Origin: Octopus sinensis
Taxonomy: Eukaryota
Length of the DNA: 64,000 nucleotides
Assembly: GCF_006345805.1 (NCBI RefSeq)
Contig: NC_043000.1
Coordinates: 133,300,001 to 133,364,000, forward strand
Direction of reading: 5' to 3'
Positions 51,106 to 62,449 of this stretch are shown here, in pieces (position 1 is the first letter of the stretch; every line of letters begins with the position of its first letter). The notes under the pieces were generated by a model. The model saw nothing but the letters and a program-made list of their open reading frames with translations, did no database searches and was not told the origin of the DNA. The position numbers and the translations under genes were made by a program.

Positions 51106-51804
51106 GTTGTCAGAGCACTGCATTCTTCAAAACTTCCATGCTTCCTGAGATTCGCCAACACTACACCTGATTTTCTCCCCTCCATACACACGCAAGCATG
51201 TATCTGACTCATACACTGTTCACTTTCCAAACATTTGTACATTACTGCATATGCTTTATACGCACTTTTGACAAGTTGTGGTGCACCTGAGCACTGTGTA
51301 CAATAATTTTATTATATTATATTATTATTATAAGACGTATAATCAATTACGTCTCATATGTGTAAGGCGATGAATTTACGGAGTCGTTAGTTTTCGGAGA
51401 TTAATAATTCGCGACATTCTTTCAGATGTGTACCCTCCAGACTTTGTTCCCTCATAATTTCCAGAAAAATCTATATATTTTCATGAAATTTTCTATGAAT
51501 ACGCTTCAGGTGATATAGATTCTGATTATATCGGAATTTACTGCGAAGTTTTTCTGCAGGTGGGAAGAGGAGTTTCGGACAATTCACATGAGTTGGCTTT
51601 GTTGCTTCATAACTTTCAGAAAAATGCGTAGTTTTTAGTGAAAGAACGTGTAAATTACGATTATATCAGAATTTGATGTGAAAAGCAAAATAGTGAGCAC
51701 GCGTACATACAAACACAACACAATTTCAGTCCTATATTTAAGATATGAGGAATTATGTACATTACTTATATTAGACGATATTTGTCCTCATCTTGTTTGT
51801 TGTT

Positions 51805-51850
51805 AACACAACGTTTCAGCTGATATACCCTCCAACATTCATCAGGTATT
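51805..51850 (-). ncRNA. Minimal (Penelope-type) type I hammerhead ribozyme motif, partly degenerate
   Basis: AATAC-CTGATGA-A-TGTTG(loop)CAGCT-GAAA-CGT-T/GTGTT: stem I 5 bp, stem II 4 bp, palindromic ACGT stem III, GUU cleavage triplet. Confidence 0.6.
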
Positions 51851-51870
51851 TTGGGGAAAATTTCTAACCT

Positions 51871-52115
51871 GGGTTCTCATTCCTAAGGTATTTTTCGATG
51901 TTGTTGTTGTTATTATTATTCAGGTCACTGCCTGAAATCGAACTCGAAATCTTGGGGTTAGTAACCCGCGCTCTTAACTACTACGCCATATGCCCATGAG
52001 TGTAGTGGTTAAGTGCGCGGGCTACTAACCCTAAGATTCCGTGTTCGATTCCAGGCAGTGACCTGAATAATCATAATAACAACAACATCGAAAAATACCT
52101 TAGGAATGAGAACCC
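51871..52115. repeat. Head-to-head inverted pair of tRNA-like SINE heads (245-bp palindrome)
   Basis: Each arm has gtagtggttaag (A box) and gttcgatt (B box); 17-nt spacer 51985-52001. Confidence 0.85.
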
Positions 52116-54298
52116 TTTTTCTTTCTCCTCTCTTTCCCTTCAACTAATCACGTGAAAGCGTTACAATTACATTCCCTTTATCTCACGTCATGGACGCTTC
52201 TCTCTCCCTTTCTTCCCTCTGAGGCAGAGGCTGGTTGGGCACATTTCGTGCCGCGGTTGGGGTTTCAGTGCCGTGCCAAGTTTCTTGATACAGAAAGTTC
52301 TTCAGGTAGACTGTAACTGTTTCACGTCGGTGAAATATTCACAAACAGCGTGGAGTTTAAACCTGGACGAGTGCTGTGTACGTATTGCTGAAGTCGACGG
52401 AGATGGAGACGACGCAGAGTTGAAGGACGAAGATGGTGATGGCGGCGGCAGAGGGAGACGACGTCGAGATGAAGGCGACAGAAATGTCTGTCGCTGGAAC
52501 TGGAACTGGCTGAGTAGCTCTTAGAAGGTCTAGAGCCAAAGACCCGGAATAGTGAATGCTGGGCTTTATATAGGATTTAGGTGTCTCAAATGAAGGATCA
52601 GAAAAACAGTGTCACGAGACCTTATCCAAAGGCCGTGATTGGTTGGTTTACACACTGGCGCGAAATAAGTCCAAAGACAAACTGCGCCAAATGCCAACCA
52701 GTCAGAGCAGTGGACACAATAGGGTCAAACTAGCCAAAGATGGTTGTAATCTACCACGAAATCATTCCTAACGTGTCTCTCAAACAGTGAGGATATCAGT
52801 CACGCTACATATTTGTACCCAAACATATGTCACTATAGTAGATTATTTTATTTTTGATATCGTCCCCTAAAATCTTTTGTTATTGCCCGTTGAAAATAGC
52901 ACTTCCAGTTTTTCTGGTATCTGACAATTATCTTCATTTCAAAATACCAATAGAATGTTATTTTATTTATTTTATTTTATTTTTGAGATCGTTATCTGTT
53001 TGAATTTGAAGGTGTAAAAGATGGATTAAACATTAGGATGTGAATAAGAGTCCGGATATATCTTACGAATAACGCCTTTCTCGAAGTCACCACAAATTCA
53101 CAAATCTCCGCCTAATCTTTGTATAACTACAACAGCCGATGTTCACTTGCTATCAACAGGTGGAATATGTTCTAATATGTACTGTTCAACAATTTCTTTC
53201 GAAACCAATGGCACAACCAGAGTGTGTGCCGCCCGGAGCAACTATTGAGTTAGCCGCCTCTGCCCCACTATACAAGCAGTGTAGATCCAGCTGTGACGGT
53301 CTCGTAAAAGCGTCGTCTGGGGCGGTCCGCCCCCATCGTCACTCCCTTTCTAACTACAAATGGACAAATATGAATTGACAGTTTACGAAATTCAAAATAT
53401 AAATATGTACATTTCTTATAATTTTAGTTGGTGTAGTAGATTTGACTAGTAAAGCTTTGGTAGAGTCTTGGTTGCCCCAAAAAGTATCCTGAAGTTCCTT
53501 GAAATTAAGACAACGCTACTATCAATGGAGGCACGTGGTTTAGTGGTTAGGTTACGGTATCAGCATCATGATCGTAAGATTGTGGTTTCGATTCCTGGAC
53601 CGGGTGATGCATTGTATCCTTCCTTGAGCAAAACACTTCATTTCACATTGCTCCAGTTCACTCAGCTGGCAAAAATGAGTAACGCTGCGATGGACTGGCA
53701 TCCCGCCCAGCTGGGGAGCACATACGCTATAGAAACCTGGAAACCGGGCCTATGAGCCTGGCTAGGCTTTAAAAGGGCGCATTTATTTTTTTTATTTCTA
53801 CTATCAGTAACCGCTCGCATTTCCAAGCTGACATTATTCAATGTAACTTCATGGTGATCCCTTCGGAGTTTTGTAGTGTAAACATGTTTATTTCTGTGGC
53901 AAATTGTTCGTCCTCAGTTTGTTCCGTAAGTCTCACACAACAAACTGACTGAATGTAATTCTTTTTTTATGTGCACAATTCGCCTATCTTTTCGCAAACC
54001 AGACATTTACAGTAGCTTATATCCACAAATTTCTGCATGGTTTTAATAATAAAATTTCGCATTTAGAAAATTTCTTCATTTCACTTTTAACAATAAATAT
54101 CAATATTCTGTTAAAATATAGATGTCTATAAAAATGCTTTTTTTGCAGTAGTAAAATATGAAATATAACTGATTTTCTTAGTCACACCTACTTTACTAGT
54201 TAATCTATAGGTGTAGAGTAAAGATATATATATGTGGGAAACAAGACGTAATTGATTGTTTGGGAACAGCTGACACTATATCTATGTTTCATTAAGAC

Positions 54299-55244
54299 TG
54301 TTTAATCAAAAGTAGACGTTACAGGAGTAAACCACAAGTGATAACGCTTTCTTTTCTAATCTAATGTACGATCGATTGTGAGAACGGACAGCAAATAATG
54401 TTAGCTGCTTTTCAGTTCGCATAGCCAGAAAGCTAAACCAGAGCGAGTGCTGAGTACGCATTGGTGTCGCTGTTGTTGTTGTTGTTAAGCAACAAGACGA
54501 GTAAGGGTGATTAAGTGATGGGTTCAGGGGCGGGAGACCCCAGACCTTGGAAAAAAACAACAACTTTGGTCGTCTTCTTGTAGTCGAGGGTTCTTCGTTG
54601 ACGCCCGACACCACTGGGAGGTGGACTTCGAAGTCGCTGGAAATGGAGATCTCCAGGTCCAAATTCTTGAACGGCTATTGGTGTTGCTGGAGATGAAGGC
54701 GACGGAGTTGGAGACGACGTGAAGTGAAGACGACGTGAAGTGAAGACGACGATGGTGATGGCGACGGTGGAGAAAAGCGTCGTTGAAGTTGCTGCATGTT
54801 GTCTGTCGCTGACTAGCTCTGAGGTCAGAGGTTAGTCCTGAGAAGGACTAAAACCAAAGAACAGAAATAGTGATTTGCTGGCGCCTTTTATAACCTGCTA
54901 AAGGCCCCAGTGAACTGAACACTCGGGAAATAGTTGCATAGGCTTTACAAGCAATATAAGAAACTGAAGAATAGGAAGTACAGCGCAGACATTTTTTTTA
55001 GGAAAACATCTCTCAGATAAACGCTTAGTCATGAGCATTTTTTCTCTTTTGGTTACCCAACGCAGTTCAGAAATGGCAGTTGAAAGAAGTGGTAAACTGA
55101 GTGGAAAGGAGGTGGTGGGGGGAGAGAAGGAGGAGACAAAGAGAGAAAGCAGAAAAATATAGGTTAAAGTGAGAGCTGAAAATCGCTTCATGCGCATATA
55201 CACAGTTTGTAGGAATGTCACGTTTGGAGATACAATCTTCCTTT
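54299..55244 (-). mobile_element. Probable long LTR remnant preceded by a PPT-like tract
   Basis: - strand aaaggaagat-TGTA... to ...ATTAAACA; no TSD found; shares motifs with 52312-52809. Confidence 0.4.
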
Positions 55245-55252
55245 ATCTTATA

Positions 55253-55653
55253 CTAGCAGTATCGTCCGGCGTTGCTCGGGTTTGTAAGGGAAATAACTAT
55301 ATAAGCATTTTTAGAGATGTAAAGTATAATAGCCATCTCAATATGGCTAACAACAAAGGTGGGGGAGGGTGTTACTGTAGCTTTTTACGTTCTGAGATTT
55401 AATAATAAATTTTTAGAGAGTTACTTCCCTTATATATGCCAAAAATGCATTAAAAATGGGAAAAATTGATGGTAATTTTTTTTTTAAATCGTAGACTCAT
55501 CGTAGACGCGCGCTAATACCCAGAAGGGCTCGATATAAATCACGACTATAAGATACCTGGTTTTGGTTAAACTGCACCGCAAAATGTGGGAGTAGTTAGG
55601 AACCTAAATCGTAGGAGACAGACAGCACACAACCTCACTTTTATATATAAAGA
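55253..55653 (-). mobile_element. Non-autonomous Helitron (same family)
   Basis: A|TC...CTAG|T termini with subterminal hairpin. Confidence 0.85.
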
Positions 55654-56026
55654 TTTGTTTCAGTCATTAGAGTGCAGCCAAGCCGGGGCACTGCCTAGAA
55701 TAACTTTTAGCCAAACAGACCGACCCCAGTACTTTTTTTTTAAAGCTTGGTACTTATTCTATTAGTCTCTTTAGTCGAACCGCTAAGTTATGGGGACGTA
55801 AACACACAAACACCGGTAATCAAGCGGTGGTGAGCGACAAACACAGACTAAAACACACACACACGACAGGCTTATTTCAGTTTCCATCAACTAAATCCAC
55901 TCAAACAGCTTTGATAGGCCCGGGACTATGGTAGAAGACACTAGCCCAAGGTGTCACGCAGTGGGACTGAACTCGGAACCATGTGGTTGGAAAGCAAACT
56001 TCTTACCACACAGCCACGCCTGCGCC

Positions 56027-56027
<1 letters not shown>

Positions 56028-56116
<89 letters not shown>
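56028..56116. repeat. (GA)n microsatellite; other long tracts (TG)n 24493-24560, (TA)n ~39300-39460, (ATT)n 40318-40389, (TACA)n ~31480-31535
   Basis: Direct reading. Confidence 0.95.
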
Positions 56117-56118
<2 letters not shown>

Positions 56119-56291
56119 TCTTTTTACTGGAAATCACTCCCAACTAAACGACCTGCAAATAACAATAAAACAACCCCCAAGCAATCACTTAGTTTGCCGG
56201 GGATAACAAAATTAAAGGAGGTAAGTTCTAGCGAGAAGCAACCTTTAAAACCATAAAACGATCGGCATAAAAATTAAGATTATATCTATTA

Positions 56292-56828
56292 CTAGCAGTA
56301 TCGCCCGGCGTTGCTCGGGTTTGTAAGGGAAATAACTATATAAGCATTTTTAGAGAGTTATAGCAAAAAAATAGCCAAAAAATGCATTAAAAATGGAATA
56401 AAAAATGATGGTAATATTTTTTTAAATCGTAGACTCATCAAGCCATGAAGTCGTTGTTCTAAAAGAACGCTGGTCTCCTTGACAACACTTTACGACGTTG
56501 ATTTCCTTACATTCCCTTCCCCACAGCTTCATGAGGGAGGGAAGAAGGCGGAGAAGCAACACAGGTGCAGGTGTGACCATGGACGCCAACTCCGCCGCCA
56601 TCGACACACGAAAAATTATGCATTAAAATGGAATAAAAAATGGTGTTAAATTATTTTTAAAATCGTAGACTCATCGTAGACGCGCGCTAATACTCAGGCG
56701 GGCTCGATATGAATCACGTCTATAAGATACCCGAATTTGGTTAAACTGCACCGCAAAATGTGGGAGTAGTTAGGAATCTAAATCGAAGGGGACAGACACT
56801 CACACAACTACAGTTTTATATATATAGA
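56292..56828 (-). mobile_element. Non-autonomous Helitron with foreign internal segment
   Basis: Same termini; ~170-bp GC-rich insert at 56440-56608. Confidence 0.8.
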
Positions 56829-57838
56829 TATGAAGGTAACGAAAAGAAGGAAGAGAATTCTGTTAGATAACTGTTCGAAGAAAGAAACTATTAGAGATTT
56901 TATTCTTATAGGGAGGACAACGGTAGAAGAATACGCAACAGAAAGACGTTACTTGATTAGTAACTTCAAGAGGGGGATTCGCAAGTATCACATATTATAC
57001 CCAGTGTAAACAAAACTTTTTACAGCGATAGTCACCATGAGAGAAACTCTCATATGGTTATGTGGTGCCTATAAGCACTCTTGTTTACATCGCTAGCAGG
57101 AGACAATCGCTGCCATCGCCGCTGCCAGGACAACCAGATTACATGATTTCGGCCTTCCGCTTGTATGTATCACGAAACCCTAAAAGAGGTTTTCTTAGAT
57201 TCTGTGTTCTAACACAGCATCTACTTTTAAGTGGTGATTGATATTACCTTTTGTCGCTATTATTATTTTTTTAATATGCTTTTTTGTTTTTGTAATATGT
57301 ATAAAGCATTATGTGGAGGCGTGTGGCTTAGTGGTTAGGGTGTCGGCATCATGATCGTAAGATTGTGGTTTCGATTCCTGGACCGGGCGACGCGGTGTGT
57401 TCTTGAGCAAAACACTTCATTTCACGTTGCTCCAGTTCACTCAGCTGGCAGAAATGAGTAACCCTGCGATGGACTGGCGCCCCGTCCAGCTGGGGAACAC
57501 ATACGCCATAGAAACCGGGCCCATGAGTCTGGCTAGGCTTTAAAAAGGGCGCATTTATTATATTTTTATAATGCATTATACACTATTCGTATGCAGTTAT
57601 ATCCAGAGATAGGCACATGAAATCATATTAGATACCAAAGTAGTACCCAAGGAAACTAATGATGTTTTTGTATATGAAAAACGTAATGGCATTCCAAATC
57701 AATCAAAAAAAAAAACCCAAGAAAATGAAAGCGGCGAGGGAGTGACGACAAAGAGCGAGAGATGAATGGTGTGAGAAGTATGATTAATATTAGTGATAAG
57801 ACTACGGTCAGAACGTAACGGCAGACGAAATGCTTGGC

Positions 57839-59117
57839 GGCATTTTGTCTGCCGCTACGTTCTGAGTTCAAATTCCGCCGAGGTCGACTTTGCTTTTCAT
57901 CCTTTCGGGGTCGATTAAATAAATACTAGTTACGGACTGGGGTCAATATAATCGACTTAATACCTATGTCTGTCCATGTTTGTCCCCTCTATGTTTAGCC
58001 CCTTGTGGGTAATAAAGAAATAGGTATTTTGTCTGCCGCTACGTTCTGAGTTCAAATTCCGCCGAGGTTGAGACTTAGCTTTTCATCCTTTCGGGGTCGA
58101 TTAAATAAGTACCAGTTACGGACTGGGGTCGATATAATCGACTTAATCCGTTTGTCTGTCCATGTTCGTCCCCTCTGTGTTTAGCCCCTTGTGGGTAGTA
58201 AAGAAATAGGTATTTCGTCTGCCGTTACGTTCTGAGTTCAAATTCCGCCGAGGTCGACTTTGCCTTTCATCCTTTCGGGGTCGATTAAATAAGTACCAGT
58301 TACGCATTGGGGCCGATATAATCGAATTAATCCGTTTGTCTGTCCTTGTTCGTCCCCTCTGTGTTTAGCCCCTTGTGGGTAGTAAAGAAATAGGTATTTC
58401 GTCTGCCGTTACGTTCTGAGTTCAAATTCCACTGAGGTCGACTTTGCCTTTCATCCTTTCGGGGTCGATTAAATAAGTACCAGTTACGCACTGGGGTCGA
58501 TATAATCAACTTAATCCGTTTGTCTGTCCTTGTTCGTCCCCTCTGTGTTTAGCCCCTTGTGGGTAGTAAAGAAATAGGTATTTCGTCTGCCGTTACGTTC
58601 TGAGTTCAAATTCCGCCGAGGTCGACTTGCCTTTCATCCTTTCGGGGTCGATTAAATAAGTACCCATACGCATTGGGGTCGATATAATCGACTTATTCCG
58701 TTTGTCTGTCCTTGTCGTCCCCTCTGTGTTTAGCCCCTTGTGGGTAGTAAAGAAATAGGTATTTCGTCTGCCGTTACGTTCTGAGTTCAAATTCCGCCGA
58801 GGTCGACTTGCCTTTCATCCTTTCGGGGTCGATTAAATAAGTACCAGTTACGCATTGGGGTCGATATAATCGACTTAATCCGTTGTCTGTCCTTGTTCGT
58901 CCCCTCTGTGCCCCTGTGGGTAGTAAAGAAATAGGTATTTCGTCTGCCGTTACGTTCTGAGTTCCAATTCCACTGAGGTCGACTTTGCCTTTCATCCTTT
59001 CGGGGTCAATTAAATAAGTACCAGTTACGCACTGGAGTCGATATAATCGACTTAATCCGTTTGTCTGTCCTTGTTCGTCCCCTCTATGTTTAGCCCCTTG
59101 TGGGTAATAAAGAAATA
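57839..59117 (+). repeat. Tandem array of 7 headless SINE-A bodies (176-186 bp units)
   Basis: Units start at ~57839, 58023, 58209, 58393, 58577, 58758, 58934; each junction is aaagaaata|ggtattt. Confidence 0.93.
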
Positions 59118-59179
59118 AGATTCGCACCATCAAGCTTAGGTTCATTCTTCTACTTTTTTTCTAAACGGCTGTTTCTCAC

Positions 59180-59680
59180 TTTTAACAGTCCAATAGAAAT
59201 ATACGTCAGTTGCGACATGGTTAGCTTTGGTGACTTCTCCTGTTGCATGGTTGTTGAACAGGATTTGGGTTTCTTCAAAATTATTTTCAGTCCCGCTTTG
59301 TTGCTTCTAATGTTCAGTTCAATTGACATTTGTTCCAGTTTAGGAAAATTATTTGTAAAGAGGATTTGATCATCAGCAAATCGGTAATGACTTAGGAATC
59401 CATCTTGACGTTTATCCCTTTTTCATCTCGCTCAAACTTTTATAAAAGTGTCTTGTAGTGCGGGATTACAGTTCGGACAATATACACCATTGTTTTAATC
59501 CGCTTTCAATATCGGTCTTTTTGTTTTCATTAGAAGTCTTATAAAAGATGTTCATTGGCTACAAATGTTCTTAATATCTTATGACATTGATGCATTGTTC
59601 CTTGATCAATAACAGCCTCAAGCACAGCTGGGGTTTCAAGGCTATCGATGGTTTTCACATAATAAAGTCTAACCATATAC
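59180..59680 (-). mobile_element. Old RT fragment of a second RTE-type LINE
   Basis: - strand reads GFLSHYRFADDQILFTNNFPKLEQMSIELNIRSNKAGLKI and DSLETPAVLEA. Confidence 0.7.
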
Positions 59681-60539
59681 TCACACATACGCAGGCACGC
59701 ACACACATATACATTGTATTATCTGTGTTTCTGAAAAAACTTGTTCATGACCTGTAGGTGGTTCATTGTTGAAAACTCACCCTTGAAGTTTGTTCCAATG
59801 GTTGACTAATATTTAAGAAGGTATTAACACGATTTGAGAGCACTTAATCCCAGTAAGACAGGGCTCTGATAAGTCTGTACTTTTTAGAGCCTGTAATGTC
59901 ACCTACCTAGTATAAAAGTATGTTGATGACATTGCTCTAGCTACCGAGAATTTAACTTATTTTATGCATTCAGTGAAGAGATTTGTTACAAATTAGAACC
60001 TTTCCTTCTCTTAGGAATTTAGTAAGCACTTCATTTTTCATATCTGTCAACTGGGCGCTGATCATAACTCCGGACGTCACATGAATGAATAATAAGAGAC
60101 TGAAAAATCAAAATATAGAAAGTTTGAAATAACAAAAACGACAGTGTCAAGTGTCATAATCCAAAATATCAAAAACTCCGAATTTTGAAATATACTAAAG
60201 AAAAAGTGTCTTAAAAAGCTGTTTAATTGGAATTTTAAAAGTCAGTTTATCTGAAAAATAGATTAAGATCTATTAAAAAAATTGAAGTTTATTTAAAGTG
60301 TATTGCAGGTAAAAAAAAAAAACATATTCGAAAACGTTTTTCTTTTTTAAAGAAAATTTCCGAACTTAAAATTCTGTCATTTGCTGAATGTTTTCCTTCT
60401 TTCGATACAAACATCTGAATTTAATACTTATGTAACTCATATATTCTAATACGTTTCGCCGTTTCTAAACTTGCAATAGATTCACAGATATTTACTCTCT
60501 AATTCCTCTATAGATTCGGCTCAGAACTAGATAATCAGT

Positions 60540-60915
60540 ATATGAGTTCCCATGGACAACCAGTCTTAAACTCTACTCACACTAAATTCCTCACTGAAGT
60601 CGTTGTTAAATCTCGCTTTACTTTGTACATAGTTTGTACGGCTCTCACAAGCCATTCGTCAATGCCTAGTTTCCTTAGCGACCACCAAATTATTGTACAT
60701 AGCACCCTGTCGAATGCCTTCTCCAGGTCAACGAAGGCCAGGAATAATGATATACTCTTAGGTAAGTATTTCTCCTGTAGTAGCTTCACTAAGAAGACTG
60801 TATTTGTGGTACCTTTTTCAGGCACAAAACCAAACTACATTTTATCTAGATCTGTCTTGCGACGAATCAATCGTGCAATGATTTTCTCTGTGACCTTCAT
60901 AATTCCTTTTCTCTA
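60540..60915 (-). mobile_element. RTE LINE RT fragment
   Basis: LQEKYL...AFVDLEKAFDRV...IWWSLRKLGIDEWLVRAVQ. Confidence 0.8.
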
Positions 60916-61189
60916 ATGTAAATTTAGCAAAGGTGCAAATTTTAGTAAGAAAGTATACAGGGTCCAAGTACCCCCAGGGAAATGACCTTGCTTGATATAC
61001 AGAAGAACAGTAGGTACAAACTCCATACGTTTCATTCAGTGTACACACAAAATATGCTGTGGTATCACAGACAGACAGTCAGAGAACACAAGTTTCATAT
61101 GCAACAGATGCACTGGAACAATACGTTCCAGGGATAGAACTCTTTAAATGCCTGGATGGTTCATGAGTAGTTGATAGATTTTGCTTTCT

Positions 61190-61920
61190 AGAGGTCATCA
61201 GCAAGGGAGGTGTTTGCTCTGAAAGTATAGCAGCAAGTGTAAAAATGTTTTGGCAAAAGTGCAGGGACTATTACCGCTGCTGGTATGATGCTTGCATTAG
61301 AACTGCAATATTACATGATAGTGAAGCATGAGCCTTGAACGCAGAGGATATGAAAAGACTAGAAAAGCAAAACAATTTGAAACGAATATGTTCCGTTAGA
61401 TGTGCAATTTAAGCGTGCACGAACATCGTATAAAGGTGGCGAGCTGGCAGAAACGTTAGCACGCCGGGCGAAATGCTTAGCGGTATTTCGTCTGCCGTTA
61501 CGTAGTGAGTTCAAATTCCGCCGAGGTCGACTTTGCCTTTCATCCTTTCGGGGTCGATAAATTAAGTACCAGTTACGCACTGGGGTCGATGTAATCGACT
61601 TAATACCTATGTCTGTCCTTGTTTGTCCCCTCTGTGTTTAGCCCCTTGTGGGTAATAAAGAAATACGTATAAGTGAGCTGAGAGAAAAACTGGGCATAAG
61701 AGAAATCAGATGAGTGCAAGAAAGAAGACAGCACAGTTACGTACTCACGATGTGTGTGGAAGTGGTCAGCTGTACAAAGAAGTGCAAATCACTGAACGCA
61801 GCTGGAGCCTGTAGTCAAGGAAGACCCAGAAGACATAAAATGAAGCAATAAAGGCTGACCTCAAGACCCTGAGCCTCACAGAGGAAATGACAAAGGACCT
61901 GGATATCTGGCAATAGTAGG
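61190..61920 (+). mobile_element. Decayed RTE LINE 3' ORF fragment interrupted by a SINE
   Basis: Homologous to 21680-22170; split by the SINE at 61434-61665. Confidence 0.65.
61434..61665 (+). mobile_element. Full-length tRNA-derived SINE, family A (232 bp)
   Basis: A box TGGCAGAAACGTTAG, B box GTTCAAATTCC, tail aaagaaata; 7-bp TSD CGTATAA. Confidence 0.88.
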
Positions 61921-62248
61921 ATCTCGTGAAAACCTGCCCATCATGGCAAAACTTACTCCTGGAAGTGTGGGTATATATTGCATGTATATACACATGCACA
62001 CATACACTCACAATCAATCAATCCCCTCCTCACATCACACTCCAATTACTGCTCTTTCCCCTTCTCGATACCACGTTTTTCTCTTGCTGTCCAGAACTAT
62101 CTCACTTGTTAGCTATTCTTCATCAATTGATATTGTTCTCCACACCCACGTTACAGTGGCCATCCCATTCCGCTCTCTCTATCATCAAATGATCTCTCCT
62201 CATGCATTACACTTGTCTATCTCTCTACTTTGTTTCTACACTCTACAC

Positions 62249-62449
62249 CAGTGGTTTTCAACCAGGATTCCGCCAGTACAGTCCAGGGGTTCCGCAAGAA
62301 GTTACAAAACTGCTAAAATCGGCAGTAATTTTTAATTTTCCTGTGCAGATATGTGTGCATAAGACTATTAAATTATTGCACAGGGGTTCCCCGAGCCAGT
62401 GGAATGTTTCCTTGGGGTTCCGCTCCAGCAAAAAGTTTGAAAAGCACTG
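62249..62449. mobile_element. hAT (Charlie-like) MITE, 201 bp
   Basis: TIRs CAGTGGTTTTCAA / TTGAAAAGCACTG and a perfect 8-bp TSD CTCTACAC. Confidence 0.9.

Noticed and set aside
52312-52809. Confident solo-LTR call
   Set aside because: TG...CA ends are present but flanks (agac / tatt) give no TSD and no PBS or PPT; kept only as a low-confidence finding.
53190-53345. GGGGCGG-T-CCGCCCC hairpin as a terminator or regulatory element
   Set aside because: More consistent with a decayed DNA-transposon end; no supporting context.
57839-59117. CRISPR-like or ribozyme-bearing (retrozyme) array
   Set aside because: No unique spacers; units are SINE bodies. No CUGANGA core on either strand of the unit, although it can fold into small hairpins.
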